Assembly: GCA_963702205.1 (NCBI GenBank)
Contig: OY969724.1
Location: 3,520,001 to 3,584,000 of the forward strand
Direction: 5' to 3'
From: an uncultured candidate division Zixibacteria bacterium
GTDB lineage: Bacteria; Zixibacteria; MSB-5A5; GN15; PGXB01
Length of the DNA stretch: 64,000 nucleotides
Shown: positions 28,181 to 38,911 of the stretch, in pieces
How positions within the stretch are numbered: position 1 is the stretch's first letter
Layout of the letters: the number at the start of each line of letters is the position of its first letter
Translations under genes and position numbers: made by a program
Notes under the pieces: model-generated
Database searches by the model: none
What the model saw: only the letters and a program-made list of their open reading frames with translations
Told to the model about the DNA's origin: nothing

Positions 28181-30368
28181 TTACTTCCTAAGCGGCAGGC
28201 CGCACTGCGTAACCCAGTCGTCGCACGAACACGGCGCACTGCCCGGAGGAGTATCGTACTTGTAAGAGATCAGATACAATATATCCAGCAGGTTCACCAC
28301 GCAATCGCAGTTCGTGTCGCCCGAGCAGGTATCGTACGGTATCGGTGCCGGCCCCGGCGGCGAACCGTAGACATAATCGATAGTGTACAGAATATCGATC
28401 AGGTTGAACGCAGTATCGTTGTTTGCATCACCGGGAATACAATCGCACGTGCTTTCTCCCGTAATGACGAAAGCCAGATCGAGTGAGCGCTCGAAATCCG
28501 GCGGATAGGTACATATCGGTCCAGAAAAACGGTGGGTCGTCGACCCCGCGCACGGCATCGTCATTATACTGCTCTGTCGACGTTTTCCAACCCCATTGAT
28601 GCGCAGCCGGGTCATCGATAAAGGCACTGATACACAACCAATAAATCGCGCCCTGGGTTTGGACAAACGGCTCAAGCCCGTCCGGCAGGAATACATTGTA
28701 CTCGAAGTAGCGCAAGTGATTATCAGGGAAAAATTGGGCCGTTGGAGGGTCGTACCAACCCTGCGGTGAGGGATCCATCTCCACCGTGAGGACTTCGGGA
28801 TACGGCATTATGAACTCCCAGAGCAGATCGCCGGGCATGCTGTACGGATTTTGAGGCGGGTCGGCCGGAATATCGCTGTAAATACGGATTAAAAAGGCCC
28901 CGAGGTTGCCGACGGCGTCATTGTTCCACGATCCCCAGAAATGAAAATCTGTCACCGGCCCGCTTGCCGAACAACGCCAATCATCGGCCAGCAGGAACGG
29001 GTGGGTTGCGTTCACATCCCAACCCAGCGGGTCGGGCAGCTGCGGGAAGTGCATCTTGTGAGGATCGCCCGGCTCCCACGGTTTTTGATAGCAGGCGTCG
29101 TCGATGCCGTCACCGTCAATGTCCCCAAGACAGACGGTCGAGACGGTTGAAACATTTCCGCCCATATCATCGCAGCACAGGGGATCAACCATGACACAGC
29201 TTCCGGTGCCATCATTGAGACAACACGCTTGAGGCGCCGAACATAACGTCCCCGCTCCCTGCGGGGTGCCACCCTGATCTATGCAGCACAGCGGGTCAAG
29301 GTCGGCGCAAGTGCCGTCGGGCAGACAACAGGCTTCGGCAGCGCTGCACGTCGTCCCCGCTCCCTGCGGGGTGCCACCCTGGTCTATGCAGCACAGAGGA
29401 TCGAGATCGGCACAAGTGCCGTCGGGCAGGCAACAGGCCTGGGCGGTTTGGCACGTCGTCCCCGCTCCCTGCGGCGTGCCGCCCAATGCGTTGACACAGC
29501 ACAGGGCATCGGCGTTAAGGCAGTATCCGTCGGGCAGGCAGCACGCTTCGGTGCCGCCGCAGACGGTACCGTCGCCCTGATAAGAACCGCCGTACTGACT
29601 AATACAATCAGCCGCGGTGGTTTGAATACAAGAGGCCAAACCTACACCGGTCGGATCGTAACAGCAGGCGCCGGTCGGCTCAATCGGGTGGCCCGTGATT
29701 ACAAAAGCCAGATTTAAAGATTCTGTGAATCCCATAGGAAGATACATGTCAATCCACTCAAAACTCAAATCAAAAAACCAGCAGGCATCGTCATTCCACG
29801 GATCTATTGTTGTTTTCCAGCCCCAGGCAAATTCCGACGATGGTAACTCAGGTCGTATTGCCAGCCAGTAAATCGTCCCCTCTTCCTGCATAAACCAGTT
29901 TTGTTCAGGAAGAAAAACGTTGTACTGAAACCATTCCACGTGATTTTCCGGCATTGCTATTCCTTCTGTCGGGCTGTACCAGCCCTGTGGCGAAGCCGGC
30001 ATAGGTTGAACAATAACCTGGTCAATGGGTACGAAATATTCCCAGATAAGCTGGCCGGGCGTGCTATGGGGCCAATCGGGGGGATTGGCCGGAATATCCG
30101 ACCAGATCATTAAATAGAATCCCGACAATGGCCCCACCAGATTATCTCGCCAGGAACCCCAGAAATGAATGTCGCTGACCGGACCGGTTTCGGTGCACAT
30201 CCAATCATCCCCTAGCATAGTCTGCGTGGCATTGACATCCCACCCGAAAGGGTCGGGGTGCTGCGGGAAATGCATCTTGTGGCCGTCGGCATCAACCCAG
30301 TCGGCCGCGGCCGGGATCGCCAGCAGACACAATACCACGAGGGCACTCAGAAATGTTCGCGCTCTCAT
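28181..30368 (-). CDS. Secreted protein with two homologous domains, Cys-rich ACC repeats and a C-terminal dockerin-like domain; +1 frameshift at ~28508
   Basis: HKMHFPQ.PDP.GWDVNAT occurs twice; after repair the second domain ends SLDLAFVITG like the first (SLNLAFVITG); GDANND/GDTNCD dockerin pair. Confidence 0.75.
29130..29670 (-). repeat. Intragenic tandem repeat, ~105 bp unit (35 aa Cys-rich)
   Basis: GTCCCCGCTCCCTGCGG recurs at 29248, 29353 and 29458; ACCLPDG.C..LDPLCC..QGGTPQGAGT.C. Confidence 0.85.
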
Positions 30369-30822
30369 ATTAAAGTACCTCCCAGAATTAAAAAATCTTA
30401 AGTGTTTGTTGAATAGGCGAGCAATGTATAAAAGCAGTTATAATCAAAGCGATTCGGGGATAATACATGTGCAGGATACTGTTTCCGGTTCAAGCGCCAA
30501 ATTTGCCGTACAGATTCCGAATAAATCAAGGCTTAGCGAATCCGTTCGCGCCGTAACGCCCCGGCCGGAAGAATATGTTCGTTGCACCAGTATCGACAGA
30601 CCCCCGAATCGCATTTGTTAAGTCAGTTTTTGACGCAATCCAAGCGTCGATATTTTTCTTGTCTTAAGTTTTTAAAAAGCGAGTTGAAAAACGAAATTAC
30701 ATCAAGAAGTCCATCCGCTGCACTTATAATATACAGCGCGGTTTTAACGGGTCAAGCAATAATTGGCGAAATTAACATGCTAATTTGCGGAATAAAGCTG
30801 CAAGATGGTCCACTACAATATG

Positions 30823-31749
30823 TTAGGAGATGCGATATTTCATAAGAATACGATTCCGCGCGGCCAGATTGCCTGCTTTCGCGGCTTTGGACAAACTGGA
30901 GGATACGACAAACTCGGCCAGGAAGCCGGCCCCGAAACAGTCGCCACAACCGGTTGTATCGCCGCTAACCGCCCGGCCCTTGACACCATAGAAATGCAGT
31001 TCCGGTTTTTCCTCGCCAAGATAATATAGATAGCTCCCGCGAGCACCGTCGGTAATGATAAACAATTTTCTCTCGATATTTACTTCGGACTTATTCAGTT
31101 TGTCGATACAGACCGAAATATCATTTTTCAAAGATTCTCCATTTGTCGCCGGGTTTCCAACTGATCTGCTCAATAGCTCCAGTTCCCGGCGGTTCATCTG
31201 AATAATGTCGCTGTACCTGACCACGGTCGGCCAGTGGCGCGGAATCCGCAGATATCTGCGCCCATCTTCTCTTTTCCCAAGTGTGTACGAATGTATATCC
31301 GTATACAGGAATCCGCCGAATCGTCGTCGGAACCCGCCCAACGACCGCAGGTCGATATCTCTGCCGGAGATGAAATTCAGCAGGACGGCATCACACCCCA
31401 ACAGGCCCTTTACGCCATCTAACTTCAACGGCGGAACGCCTCCTTCGAGGATTTCCGACTTGGACTCATCGTCGTGATAGACAAGATGACAATGATTGTT
31501 TTTTTCCGGGACGCGACGTATCAGATCGGTTCGTACGCCCGGAATATCCTGCAGTATCTCCATAATCTTATCGTACTGGTTCTGTCCCACGTTGCAGGCC
31601 GGAATAATATCGGCGTGTCCGTGCAGGCACGATGACAGCACTATTAGATTATATAATAAGCCGCCCCAGCCGTTATAACTGGTCCCGTCGGCCAGGGTAA
31701 CCGAGTCTTTATTTATGGTTCCGATGACACCGATCTTGATTTTGTTCAT
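30823..31749 (-). CDS. PfkB family carbohydrate kinase
   Basis: DTTGCGDCFGAGF signature; ITDGARG. Confidence 0.8.
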   Translation of the reverse strand: MNKIKIGVIGTINKDSVTLADGTSYNGWGGLLYNLIVLSSCLHGHADIIPACNVGQNQYDKIMEILQDIPGVRTDLIRRVPEKNNHCHLVYHDDESKSEILEGGVPPLKLDGVKGLLGCDAVLLNFISGRDIDLRSLGGFRRRFGGFLYTDIHSYTLGKREDGRRYLRIPRHWPTVVRYSDIIQMNRRELELLSRSVGNPATNGESLKNDISVCIDKLNKSEVNIERKLFIITDGARGSYLYYLGEEKPELHFYGVKGRAVSGDTTGCGDCFGAGFLAEFVVSSSLSKAAKAGNLAARNRILMKYRIS

Positions 31750-32753
31750 TCCAGATATTCCCCCGCCGCTTGTAAAACCTCATCGACCGTTATCCGTTTC
31801 ATGCATTGCATATGCCTGTCCCCCGACAACGGACAGCTGTTTTTGACGCACGAAATACATTCCAACTTGTTTTTTATAATCACGGTTTTATTGGCGGCCA
31901 GTGGTGACGTTTCCGCCGGATTATCCGCCCCGGACAGTACAACCAAAGGGATGCCGACAGCACCGGCCAGATGCGCCAGGCCGGAGTCATTGCCGATAAA
32001 CAAAGCGGCCATCGACAGGACAACCGCAGCCGTATCTATGTTCGTCCGTCCGCATAAATTGACAGCATCTTCTCTGTTATTTCGAATTTTATCTCCGGCT
32101 GGGCTCTCGGCTTCGGTTCCGAGGATGACGATATTCAATTTCAAATCCTTGGTCAGTCTCCCGGCCAAAGAAGCGTAATTATCCGAGCCCCAGCGCCGCG
32201 ACGCGGCCACAGACTGCGCGGCGATAGCGACAAAACGGGCTTGGCCTTCAATTCCAGATTCTTCGAGCATATCAATTGCCTTTGAATCACACTCTTGCGA
32301 TTTTGAGATTCGAGGTATATCTATCTGTAACTTTGTATCGAATAATCTTTCTACCAAACATCGGAATTTGTCTGCACGGTGCATTGGTAACGTCTTCGAA
32401 TCAACCGGATCGGTTAAAAGCAATGTTCGGCCATCCGTTGAAAGGCCGATCCTTTTATTGATCCCGGCCAGATTGAAAATCAAAGCCGAAGAAAACGACG
32501 GTGTCAACAGCAGACCGGCATCAGCATTTATATCTTTAATCATTTCACGTTGATTGAGAATTGCCGCAAATCCGTGCAGGGACCCGGCCGGTATAGGGTG
32601 GAATTTCGCCCCCGGCAGACCGCGATACAGAGGCTCCGCCCAGTCAGGTGCCAAAAGAGAATATTGCATCGTGTCGGGCAGGGCCTGCAGGGCCGCCAGA
32701 GCCATGATGCAATCGCCGAGATGATTGGGAGCACGAATTATATACCCGGACAT
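31746..32753 (-). CDS. waaF: LPS heptosyltransferase II (GT9)
   Basis: APNHLGDCIMA, NDSGLAHLA. Confidence 0.8.
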   Translation of the reverse strand: MSGYIIRAPNHLGDCIMALAALQALPDTMQYSLLAPDWAEPLYRGLPGAKFHPIPAGSLHGFAAILNQREMIKDINADAGLLLTPSFSSALIFNLAGINKRIGLSTDGRTLLLTDPVDSKTLPMHRADKFRCLVERLFDTKLQIDIPRISKSQECDSKAIDMLEESGIEGQARFVAIAAQSVAASRRWGSDNYASLAGRLTKDLKLNIVILGTEAESPAGDKIRNNREDAVNLCGRTNIDTAAVVLSMAALFIGNDSGLAHLAGAVGIPLVVLSGADNPAETSPLAANKTVIIKNKLECISCVKNSCPLSGDRHMQCMKRITVDEVLQAAGEYLE

Positions 32754-32763
32754 ATAATTAACC

Positions 32764-33642
32764 TCAATCGATTTTCCAGCGACGGTGGGTCCACAACCAC
32801 TGATCGGGATATTTACGAACCGCCTGCTCGAGGTACGATGTATAAGCCTGGGTCATGATCTGGATATCGTTCTCGGATTCACCGGTATGCGGAGGAAAAA
32901 TCGGCGGGAAGATAATGGCTCTGTGTTTATTGTATCCCAACCGCAGATACACACCGAATAATATCGGGCAATCAATTTTGACCGCGAAAGCGGCCGGACC
33001 TTTGGGGGTCGCCGCCGGGCGGCCGAAAAACTGCACTTTGGCTCCACCCAGCGGGGCATGCTGATCGGACACAACCGCCACCATACGATTTGATTTAAGT
33101 GCTTTTATGACACCACGGGCAGCCATACCGATCGGAATAATCCCGACCCCCAGCGACCGCCGGAACGATATCAACAGCTCATCGACTTTTCGATTGTGCT
33201 GCTGTCCAACCAAAAAATCGATGGGAAAACCGCACGCCACGGCCCAACCTCCAAGTAGTTCCCAGTTTCCGAAATGCCCGGTGATGAGCATGGCACCTTT
33301 GCCCTCATTTGCAACCTGTTCTATATATTCTTTACCCTCATATTCAGTCCAGGCCAGAATCTTCTCGGGCGTATATTTGATTTGGCGCGAGAATTCAACC
33401 AGCGTTCGGGCAATATTCAAAAAGACATTTTTTATGATCAGTTCTATTTCACCGTCGGTTTTATCGGAACCGAAAGCTCGCTTGAGATTTTCCCGGGCGA
33501 TTCGACGGCGAGAGGTCAGTACGGCATACGACAAACGCCCCAATACAAAAGCGATGCCGTCGGCCACCCGCCCCGGCAATATTTGTACCGCCCCCGTCAG
33601 GACGCGGACGGCTATGTACTCAAGTCCATGGCTTATCGTCAT
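32764..33642 (-). CDS. lpxL: Lipid A lauroyl/myristoyl acyltransferase (LpxL/HtrB family)
   Basis: GHFGNWE, DQ..VQFFG, PDQWLWTHRRWK. Confidence 0.8.
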   Translation of the reverse strand: MTISHGLEYIAVRVLTGAVQILPGRVADGIAFVLGRLSYAVLTSRRRIARENLKRAFGSDKTDGEIELIIKNVFLNIARTLVEFSRQIKYTPEKILAWTEYEGKEYIEQVANEGKGAMLITGHFGNWELLGGWAVACGFPIDFLVGQQHNRKVDELLISFRRSLGVGIIPIGMAARGVIKALKSNRMVAVVSDQHAPLGGAKVQFFGRPAATPKGPAAFAVKIDCPILFGVYLRLGYNKHRAIIFPPIFPPHTGESENDIQIMTQAYTSYLEQAVRKYPDQWLWTHRRWKID

Positions 33643-34579
33643 CGTCTGCCTGCTCCGGATAATCGGGATCACCATAGTCAAAATCGGTCGACTGGTACTT
33701 TTCTTCGTCGTCCCATTTCTTGTAGTACTTATGCCGCCTTATCGTCTTCAAGACAAAGCCGATAAAAACCACCAGCGCCAGAAAGATCCACAAGAAGTAC
33801 GTATCAGTAAATATACTAACCAAATTATACCTCCCCGTCAGGAAGTTATGAAATTCTTCTTCAAATTCCATATAGGTCGCCCCGATCGCTTCGGTCAGCG
33901 CCCGGTCGACGGTTGCCCGGCGATGGAACTGGTCCAGCATTATATTGAACGGACCGATGCCGTACCGGTCGAGAAGATACTTGACCGCCAGATAACTTTC
34001 GGCGTATGCGGTTTGGGCCTTGCCCTCGCCGAAACCGTTCAGACCTTCAATTTCGTGCAAAGCTATGTCCGACCTGAAAATCATCGATCGGCTCATGGCG
34101 AGGTTGTCGGTCCAGCCCCATTCGGCCGAAGTGTACATCGCGACACCCTCGTCGATCCACCGCGGTACCCACTGGCCGTTTACCCTGTTGGCCAGCGCGA
34201 GGTGGGCGTACTCGTGCTTGACCAGCTCCACCAGCGGCTTGCCGATATTGAAATGAGCCGGTGACTTGAAAATAATCTTGTGCTCGAACGGCTGTGCCGC
34301 CGCGGCTCCCCAGTCGGGAAATACGCTCCCGATAAGTTGGGTGAATTCCTTGCGGCTTCCGGCAACATATATATTCGGTTTATAATTCAGCGAATCTCTG
34401 AGTATCCCAATAAGTTTCTTGCGGGCGGCCAGAACGCCTTGTTCGATTTGGGGTTGAAATTGCCCGGTTAATCCGTAATATTTATACAAAGGATATTCGC
34501 GCTCGAATTCCGCCCTTACCCCTCCCGCCGTACTCAATGTCAGGATGAGTATAATTATGAACGCCGACATTTTTTTCAT
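33620..34579 (-). CDS. Peptidase MA-like metallopeptidase with C-terminal TM
   Basis: HEYAH and PRWIDEGVA motifs. Confidence 0.75.
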   Translation of the reverse strand: MKKMSAFIIILILTLSTAGGVRAEFEREYPLYKYYGLTGQFQPQIEQGVLAARKKLIGILRDSLNYKPNIYVAGSRKEFTQLIGSVFPDWGAAAAQPFEHKIIFKSPAHFNIGKPLVELVKHEYAHLALANRVNGQWVPRWIDEGVAMYTSAEWGWTDNLAMSRSMIFRSDIALHEIEGLNGFGEGKAQTAYAESYLAVKYLLDRYGIGPFNIMLDQFHRRATVDRALTEAIGATYMEFEEEFHNFLTGRYNLVSIFTDTYFLWIFLALVVFIGFVLKTIRRHKYYKKWDDEEKYQSTDFDYGDPDYPEQADDDDKPWT

Positions 34580-34740
34580 GAGGCCAAGATAATAGAGCGA
34601 TGAGTTCAAAACAACCATCACCGGCATAAAAAATATGGGTGCAAGTTATGATATCGCGCGTTAAATTATATTGACATTAACCGGCTCAACCCCAATTTTA
34701 TCGGATTAAGCAAGGATTGAGCCACCAAACGGGCAGCCAA

Positions 34741-35256
34741 ATGATGAATGTTCTTAGCCATAACGTCCTCGTCCTGAATCAGAATTATGAGCCGATGTCG
34801 GTCTGTTCGGCCCGTCGTGCCTTCATTTTGATGTTCCTCGGCAAGGCGGAATTGATCGAAAAACAGGACGGCATAAAAATCCGGTCGGTCCTGTCAAGTT
34901 TCGATCTGCCATCGGTCGTGCGCCTGGGTCGTTACGTAAAAGCGCCGCACAAGAAAATACTGCTGTCGCGCAAGAACATTCTCATCCGCGATGATTTCAC
35001 CTGCTGTTATTGCGGCTCCCGCAAAGGTCCGATGACGGTGGACCACGTGATTCCAAAAAACCGGGGCGGCACCGATACCTGGGAAAATCTGGTCTGCGCC
35101 TGTGAAATTTGCAATAATAAGAAGGGTGATCGCACCCCGGCCAAAGCGGGTATGAAACTTAATCGTGTCCCCAAACGGCCCAATCATATTACATATATTC
35201 AGCGCTTTGTCGGTATTCGCGACACCCGCTGGAAACCTTACCTATTCATGGATTAA
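34741..35256 (+). CDS. HNH endonuclease (McrA-like)
   Basis: RD.F.C.YCG, TVDHVIP..GG..W.NLV.AC..CN..K. Confidence 0.9.
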   Translation: MMNVLSHNVLVLNQNYEPMSVCSARRAFILMFLGKAELIEKQDGIKIRSVLSSFDLPSVVRLGRYVKAPHKKILLSRKNILIRDDFTCCYCGSRKGPMTVDHVIPKNRGGTDTWENLVCACEICNNKKGDRTPAKAGMKLNRVPKRPNHITYIQRFVGIRDTRWKPYLFMD

Positions 35257-35264
35257 TTTATTGT

Positions 35265-36269
35265 ATGAGCACCAAGATCGAAAAAAAGGAAAAAGAGACC
35301 ATTTTATCCGGGATGCAGCCGACCGGCGAACTGCATATCGGCAATTATGAAGGAGCCCTCAAAAACTGGGTCGCCCTCCAGAACGATTATAATATGTACT
35401 GCTGTATTGTCGACTGGCACTCCCTGACGGCAGAATACGAAAATACCGAGGTCCTCAAAGGCCGAATATTTCAGGTGGCCGTCGATTATTTGGCCGGAGG
35501 TCTCGATCCCAAAGTCTGCAACATATTTATACAGTCCGATGTCAAAGAACACGCCGAACTCCACCTGATATTCTCCATGCTGATAACGGTCCCGACCCTG
35601 ACCCGCCTTCCCACTTATACAGAAAAGAAAGAAGACAAGGGCCTCGATAGTTATGGCTTTTTAGGGTATCCGGTTCTTCAGGCGGCCGATATATGCGTCT
35701 ATAACGCCGACAAGGTCCCGGTCGGCAAAGACCAGGAGAAACATGTCTGGCTGGCGGCTGATGTCGCCAGGCGATTTAATTCCATCTATGGACCGACCCT
35801 GGTTGAACCCGCCGTATTGTTGACCAAAATCCCGGTTATCCCCGGCCTGGACAATCGCAAGATGTCCAAGTCGCTCGACAACCATATTTCGCTGGCGGCG
35901 TCGGAGGAAGAAACGGCGGCCCGTCTGAAAAAGATGTTTACCGACCCCCAGAAACTCCGCCGTAACGATCCCGGCCGTCCGGAAATTTGTCCGGTGTACT
36001 CCCTGCACCGGGTCTATACGCCGACCCATGAAACGGAAATTGCCCCGCCCTGCCGAACCGGGGAGCTGGGATGTGTCGAGTGCAAAGCGAAACTGGCAAA
36101 AAATATGAACGCCATCCTGGCCCCCATCCGCGAAAAAAGGGTTGAACTTGAGAAAAAACCTGACTATATCTGGGATGTGCTGAAAACCGGCGCAGGCAAA
36201 GCCCACACCCGGGCCGCGGAAGTTATGGACCGGGTTCGCAGCGCCATGAAAATGAAGTACCACGAATGA
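35265..36269 (+). CDS. trpS: Tryptophan--tRNA ligase
   Basis: SGMQPTG.LHIGN, YPVLQAADI, KMSKS. Confidence 0.97.
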   Translation: MSTKIEKKEKETILSGMQPTGELHIGNYEGALKNWVALQNDYNMYCCIVDWHSLTAEYENTEVLKGRIFQVAVDYLAGGLDPKVCNIFIQSDVKEHAELHLIFSMLITVPTLTRLPTYTEKKEDKGLDSYGFLGYPVLQAADICVYNADKVPVGKDQEKHVWLAADVARRFNSIYGPTLVEPAVLLTKIPVIPGLDNRKMSKSLDNHISLAASEEETAARLKKMFTDPQKLRRNDPGRPEICPVYSLHRVYTPTHETEIAPPCRTGELGCVECKAKLAKNMNAILAPIREKRVELEKKPDYIWDVLKTGAGKAHTRAAEVMDRVRSAMKMKYHE

Positions 36270-37039
36270 CAAATACGCCAAGAGACAATTATTCGGTTGA
36301 TCTGGATGTCTTCCAGGGACCGCTGGACCTGTTGCTTTACCTGATTCGCAAGGACGAAATCGACATTTATGATATTCCTATCGCTCGTATCACCGAGCAG
36401 TACATGCAGTATGTCGAGATGATGAAAATACTCAACCTGGAACTGGCGGGGGAATACATTCTTATGGCCGCGACCCTGATACGGATCAAGGCCAAATTGC
36501 TTCTGCCCCGCGATACCGCCGACCTCGAGGATGCCGACCCGCGTCAGGAACTGGTCGCGGCCCTGCTGGAATACAAGAAATTCAAAGAGGCCAGCGAAAT
36601 TCTTCGCGAGAAAAGACTTATGGAGGAACGGATTTTCACCCCCCCGGCCGTCGACGGTAACCGCAAATCGAAAGTCATTCTTTCCGATTCGACGACCCTC
36701 TACGACTTGATGACGGCGTTCCGGGACGTTCTGGAAAGAATCGGCAAAGACCAGTTTTATGAAATCTCGCCCGAGGAGCTGACCGTCGAGGACCGTATCA
36801 AGCGCGTCATAGAAGTGTTGTCCAACCGGGATTCGGTGGCATTCCAGGAGTTGTTTTTGGACATCCCGCGCAAACTGGTCGCGATCATGACCTTCATGGC
36901 CATCCTCGAACTGGCCCGGGTGCACCGAATTATGATCCGTCAATCTCTCCCCTTTTCCGAAGTGCGCGTGTACCGGGGAGACCGATTCGACGAAGACAAA
37001 CTGAATTCCGAACTCATTGACCATATAAGTGTCGCATAA
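36266..37039 (+). CDS. scpA: Segregation/condensation protein A
   Basis: FQGPLDLLLYLI, TFMAILEL. Confidence 0.95.
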   Translation: MTNTPRDNYSVDLDVFQGPLDLLLYLIRKDEIDIYDIPIARITEQYMQYVEMMKILNLELAGEYILMAATLIRIKAKLLLPRDTADLEDADPRQELVAALLEYKKFKEASEILREKRLMEERIFTPPAVDGNRKSKVILSDSTTLYDLMTAFRDVLERIGKDQFYEISPEELTVEDRIKRVIEVLSNRDSVAFQELFLDIPRKLVAIMTFMAILELARVHRIMIRQSLPFSEVRVYRGDRFDEDKLNSELIDHISVA

Positions 37040-37047
37040 CTCGAAAG

Positions 37048-38043
37048 ATGGAAATGGATAATTTAAATCACGATTATAGAACGTCGGTTATCGAAGCTTT
37101 GATACTGTCATCTCCCGAGCCGCTTCCGGCCGGAAAAATCGCCGAAGTGGTCGAAAATATGACGCCGTCTCAGGTCGCCGGGGCGGTCGAAGTGCTCAAC
37201 GATAAATACCGCCAGACCGATTCATCGTTTCGCATCCGCCAGATATCCGGCGGTTTTCAATGCTATATCACCGAAGAGTATTCCCCGTTCGTCGATGAAC
37301 TCCATACCCGCCGCCGCAACGTCCGTCTTTCCCGACCGGCCCTTGAAACGCTGGCCATCATAGCCTACCGTCAGCCGGTCACGAAAATCGACGTCGAGAT
37401 GATTCGGGGCGTCGCCTCCGATTCGGCCATTCATACCCTGCTCGAGAGAAAACTGGTAACTATGGCCGGGCGGTCTCAGACTATCGGGCGGCCGTTGCTG
37501 TATAAAACGACCGATGAGTTTTTGAAATATTTCAACCTGAACACTCTGAACGATCTGCCGCAAATGTCGGAGATCGAGGAATTAATATCCTCGGATGAAG
37601 ATTCGTCACAGCAGCATCTGCCTCTCGGACCTTTCGCGAGCCGTTACTCCAACGGCAAATCCAAAAAGCTCACCCTCGAAAAAGGTTCGGAAGAATCAAC
37701 AGAAGCAGTAGAATCCGATAATATCGAGGATTCTCCTGATCCCGAATCAGATTTGGAAAATCAGGGACAAACCGAAGCTACCGGTTTGGAAAGCGAGGAA
37801 GGCGTATATATTCCCGCCGAAAACTCCGCCTCATCCGATCAAATGGAGCTCGAGGATGAACCCGAATCGGATTTTGAAGAACCTGACAATGAAGGTGCAT
37901 TCGAGGAATCAACCAACGACGAGCAGCTTCAAAGCGAATTCGATCAGGGTTCTTCGGATAGTGAATCCGAAACGAACGAGGATCAGGACCAATCGGTAGA
38001 AACCGAAATTCCGAGCGATCTGGCCGGGGTAAAAGAAGAATGA
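37048..38043 (+). CDS. scpB: SMC-Scp complex subunit ScpB with a long acidic tail
   Basis: LSRPALETLAIIAYRQP, IRGV, GRPLLY.TT..FL..F.L. Confidence 0.95.
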   Translation: MEMDNLNHDYRTSVIEALILSSPEPLPAGKIAEVVENMTPSQVAGAVEVLNDKYRQTDSSFRIRQISGGFQCYITEEYSPFVDELHTRRRNVRLSRPALETLAIIAYRQPVTKIDVEMIRGVASDSAIHTLLERKLVTMAGRSQTIGRPLLYKTTDEFLKYFNLNTLNDLPQMSEIEELISSDEDSSQQHLPLGPFASRYSNGKSKKLTLEKGSEESTEAVESDNIEDSPDPESDLENQGQTEATGLESEEGVYIPAENSASSDQMELEDEPESDFEEPDNEGAFEESTNDEQLQSEFDQGSSDSESETNEDQDQSVETEIPSDLAGVKEE

Positions 38044-38113
38044 ATTCCGGAAACGCGCCGGAAAATAGAAATAGATTTGAAGCCTGCCATAACGAGGTCG
38101 TAAAACTTCACGC

Positions 38114-38842
38114 ATGAGTCCGCAAATTAGGATCAATAAATTTCTTTCAGAATGCGGTGTAACTTCGCGCCGAGGGGCGGAAGCACTAATCGCCAGGGGT
38201 CGGGTTACAGTCAACGATGAAACCGTCACGAAGCTCGGAGTTATCGTCGATACCGAAAACGACATAGTTAAAGTCGATGGCACCGTGGTCAATCAGGTAA
38301 TCAAGAAATTTTACGTGCTTTTAAACAAGCCCTCCCGGGTCATCACGACCCTCCACGATCCCTTCCACCGCAAGACGGTCGCCTATTTCACTCGCGGTGT
38401 ACCGGGGCGCGTTTACCCGGTGGGGCGTCTCGATTACGACACCCAGGGAGCTCTGCTGTTGACCAACGACGGCGAGCTGGCGTTCCGTCTGGCCCACCCC
38501 AAGTATGAAGTCAAGAAGGTTTATCATGCCGTAATCAGCGGACATTTTTCGACCGACATGGCCGACAAAATCAACGCCGGCATAAGACTCCATGACGGGC
38601 ACATCGGCCACGGCGAGGCCGAGTTTCTCTATATGAAAAACGGCCAGGCATGTGTGCAGGTGACTCTCACGGAGGGCCACAAACACGAGGTCAAGCAGCT
38701 GTTCAAAGCGCTGAGGACACCGGTCAAATACCTGACCCGGGTGGAATTTGCCGGGCTGCGCACCGATGGGCTGAAAGTGGGCCGCTGGCGCTATCTGAAT
38801 CATACTGAGATCAGGCGGCTCAGGGACCTGGTCGGCCTGTAA
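38114..38842 (+). CDS. rluB: rRNA pseudouridine synthase (RluB/RsuA family, S4 domain)
   Basis: RINKFLS.CGV.SRR, PVGRLDYDT.G.LLLTNDG; synteny after scpB. Confidence 0.85.
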   Translation: MSPQIRINKFLSECGVTSRRGAEALIARGRVTVNDETVTKLGVIVDTENDIVKVDGTVVNQVIKKFYVLLNKPSRVITTLHDPFHRKTVAYFTRGVPGRVYPVGRLDYDTQGALLLTNDGELAFRLAHPKYEVKKVYHAVISGHFSTDMADKINAGIRLHDGHIGHGEAEFLYMKNGQACVQVTLTEGHKHEVKQLFKALRTPVKYLTRVEFAGLRTDGLKVGRWRYLNHTEIRRLRDLVGL

Positions 38843-38871
38843 AAAAAACGGGCCGCCCCGAAGGCGACCCG
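38841..38871 (-). terminator. Intrinsic terminator between convergent genes
   Basis: A8 followed by CGGGCCGCC-ccgaa-GGCGACCCG. Confidence 0.6.
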
Positions 38872-38911
38872 AATCTATTATAAAATCCATATATAAAAGA
38901 AAGTGCCGAAA

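Noticed and set aside
29130..29670. Periodic repeats as a CRISPR array
   Set aside because: The repeats are in-frame 105-bp coding units with no unique spacers, and no cas genes are present.
34741..35256. HNH nuclease as a defence or mobile gene
   Set aside because: It belongs to a widespread stand-alone HNH family and sits in a housekeeping operon, with no methylase or mobile context.
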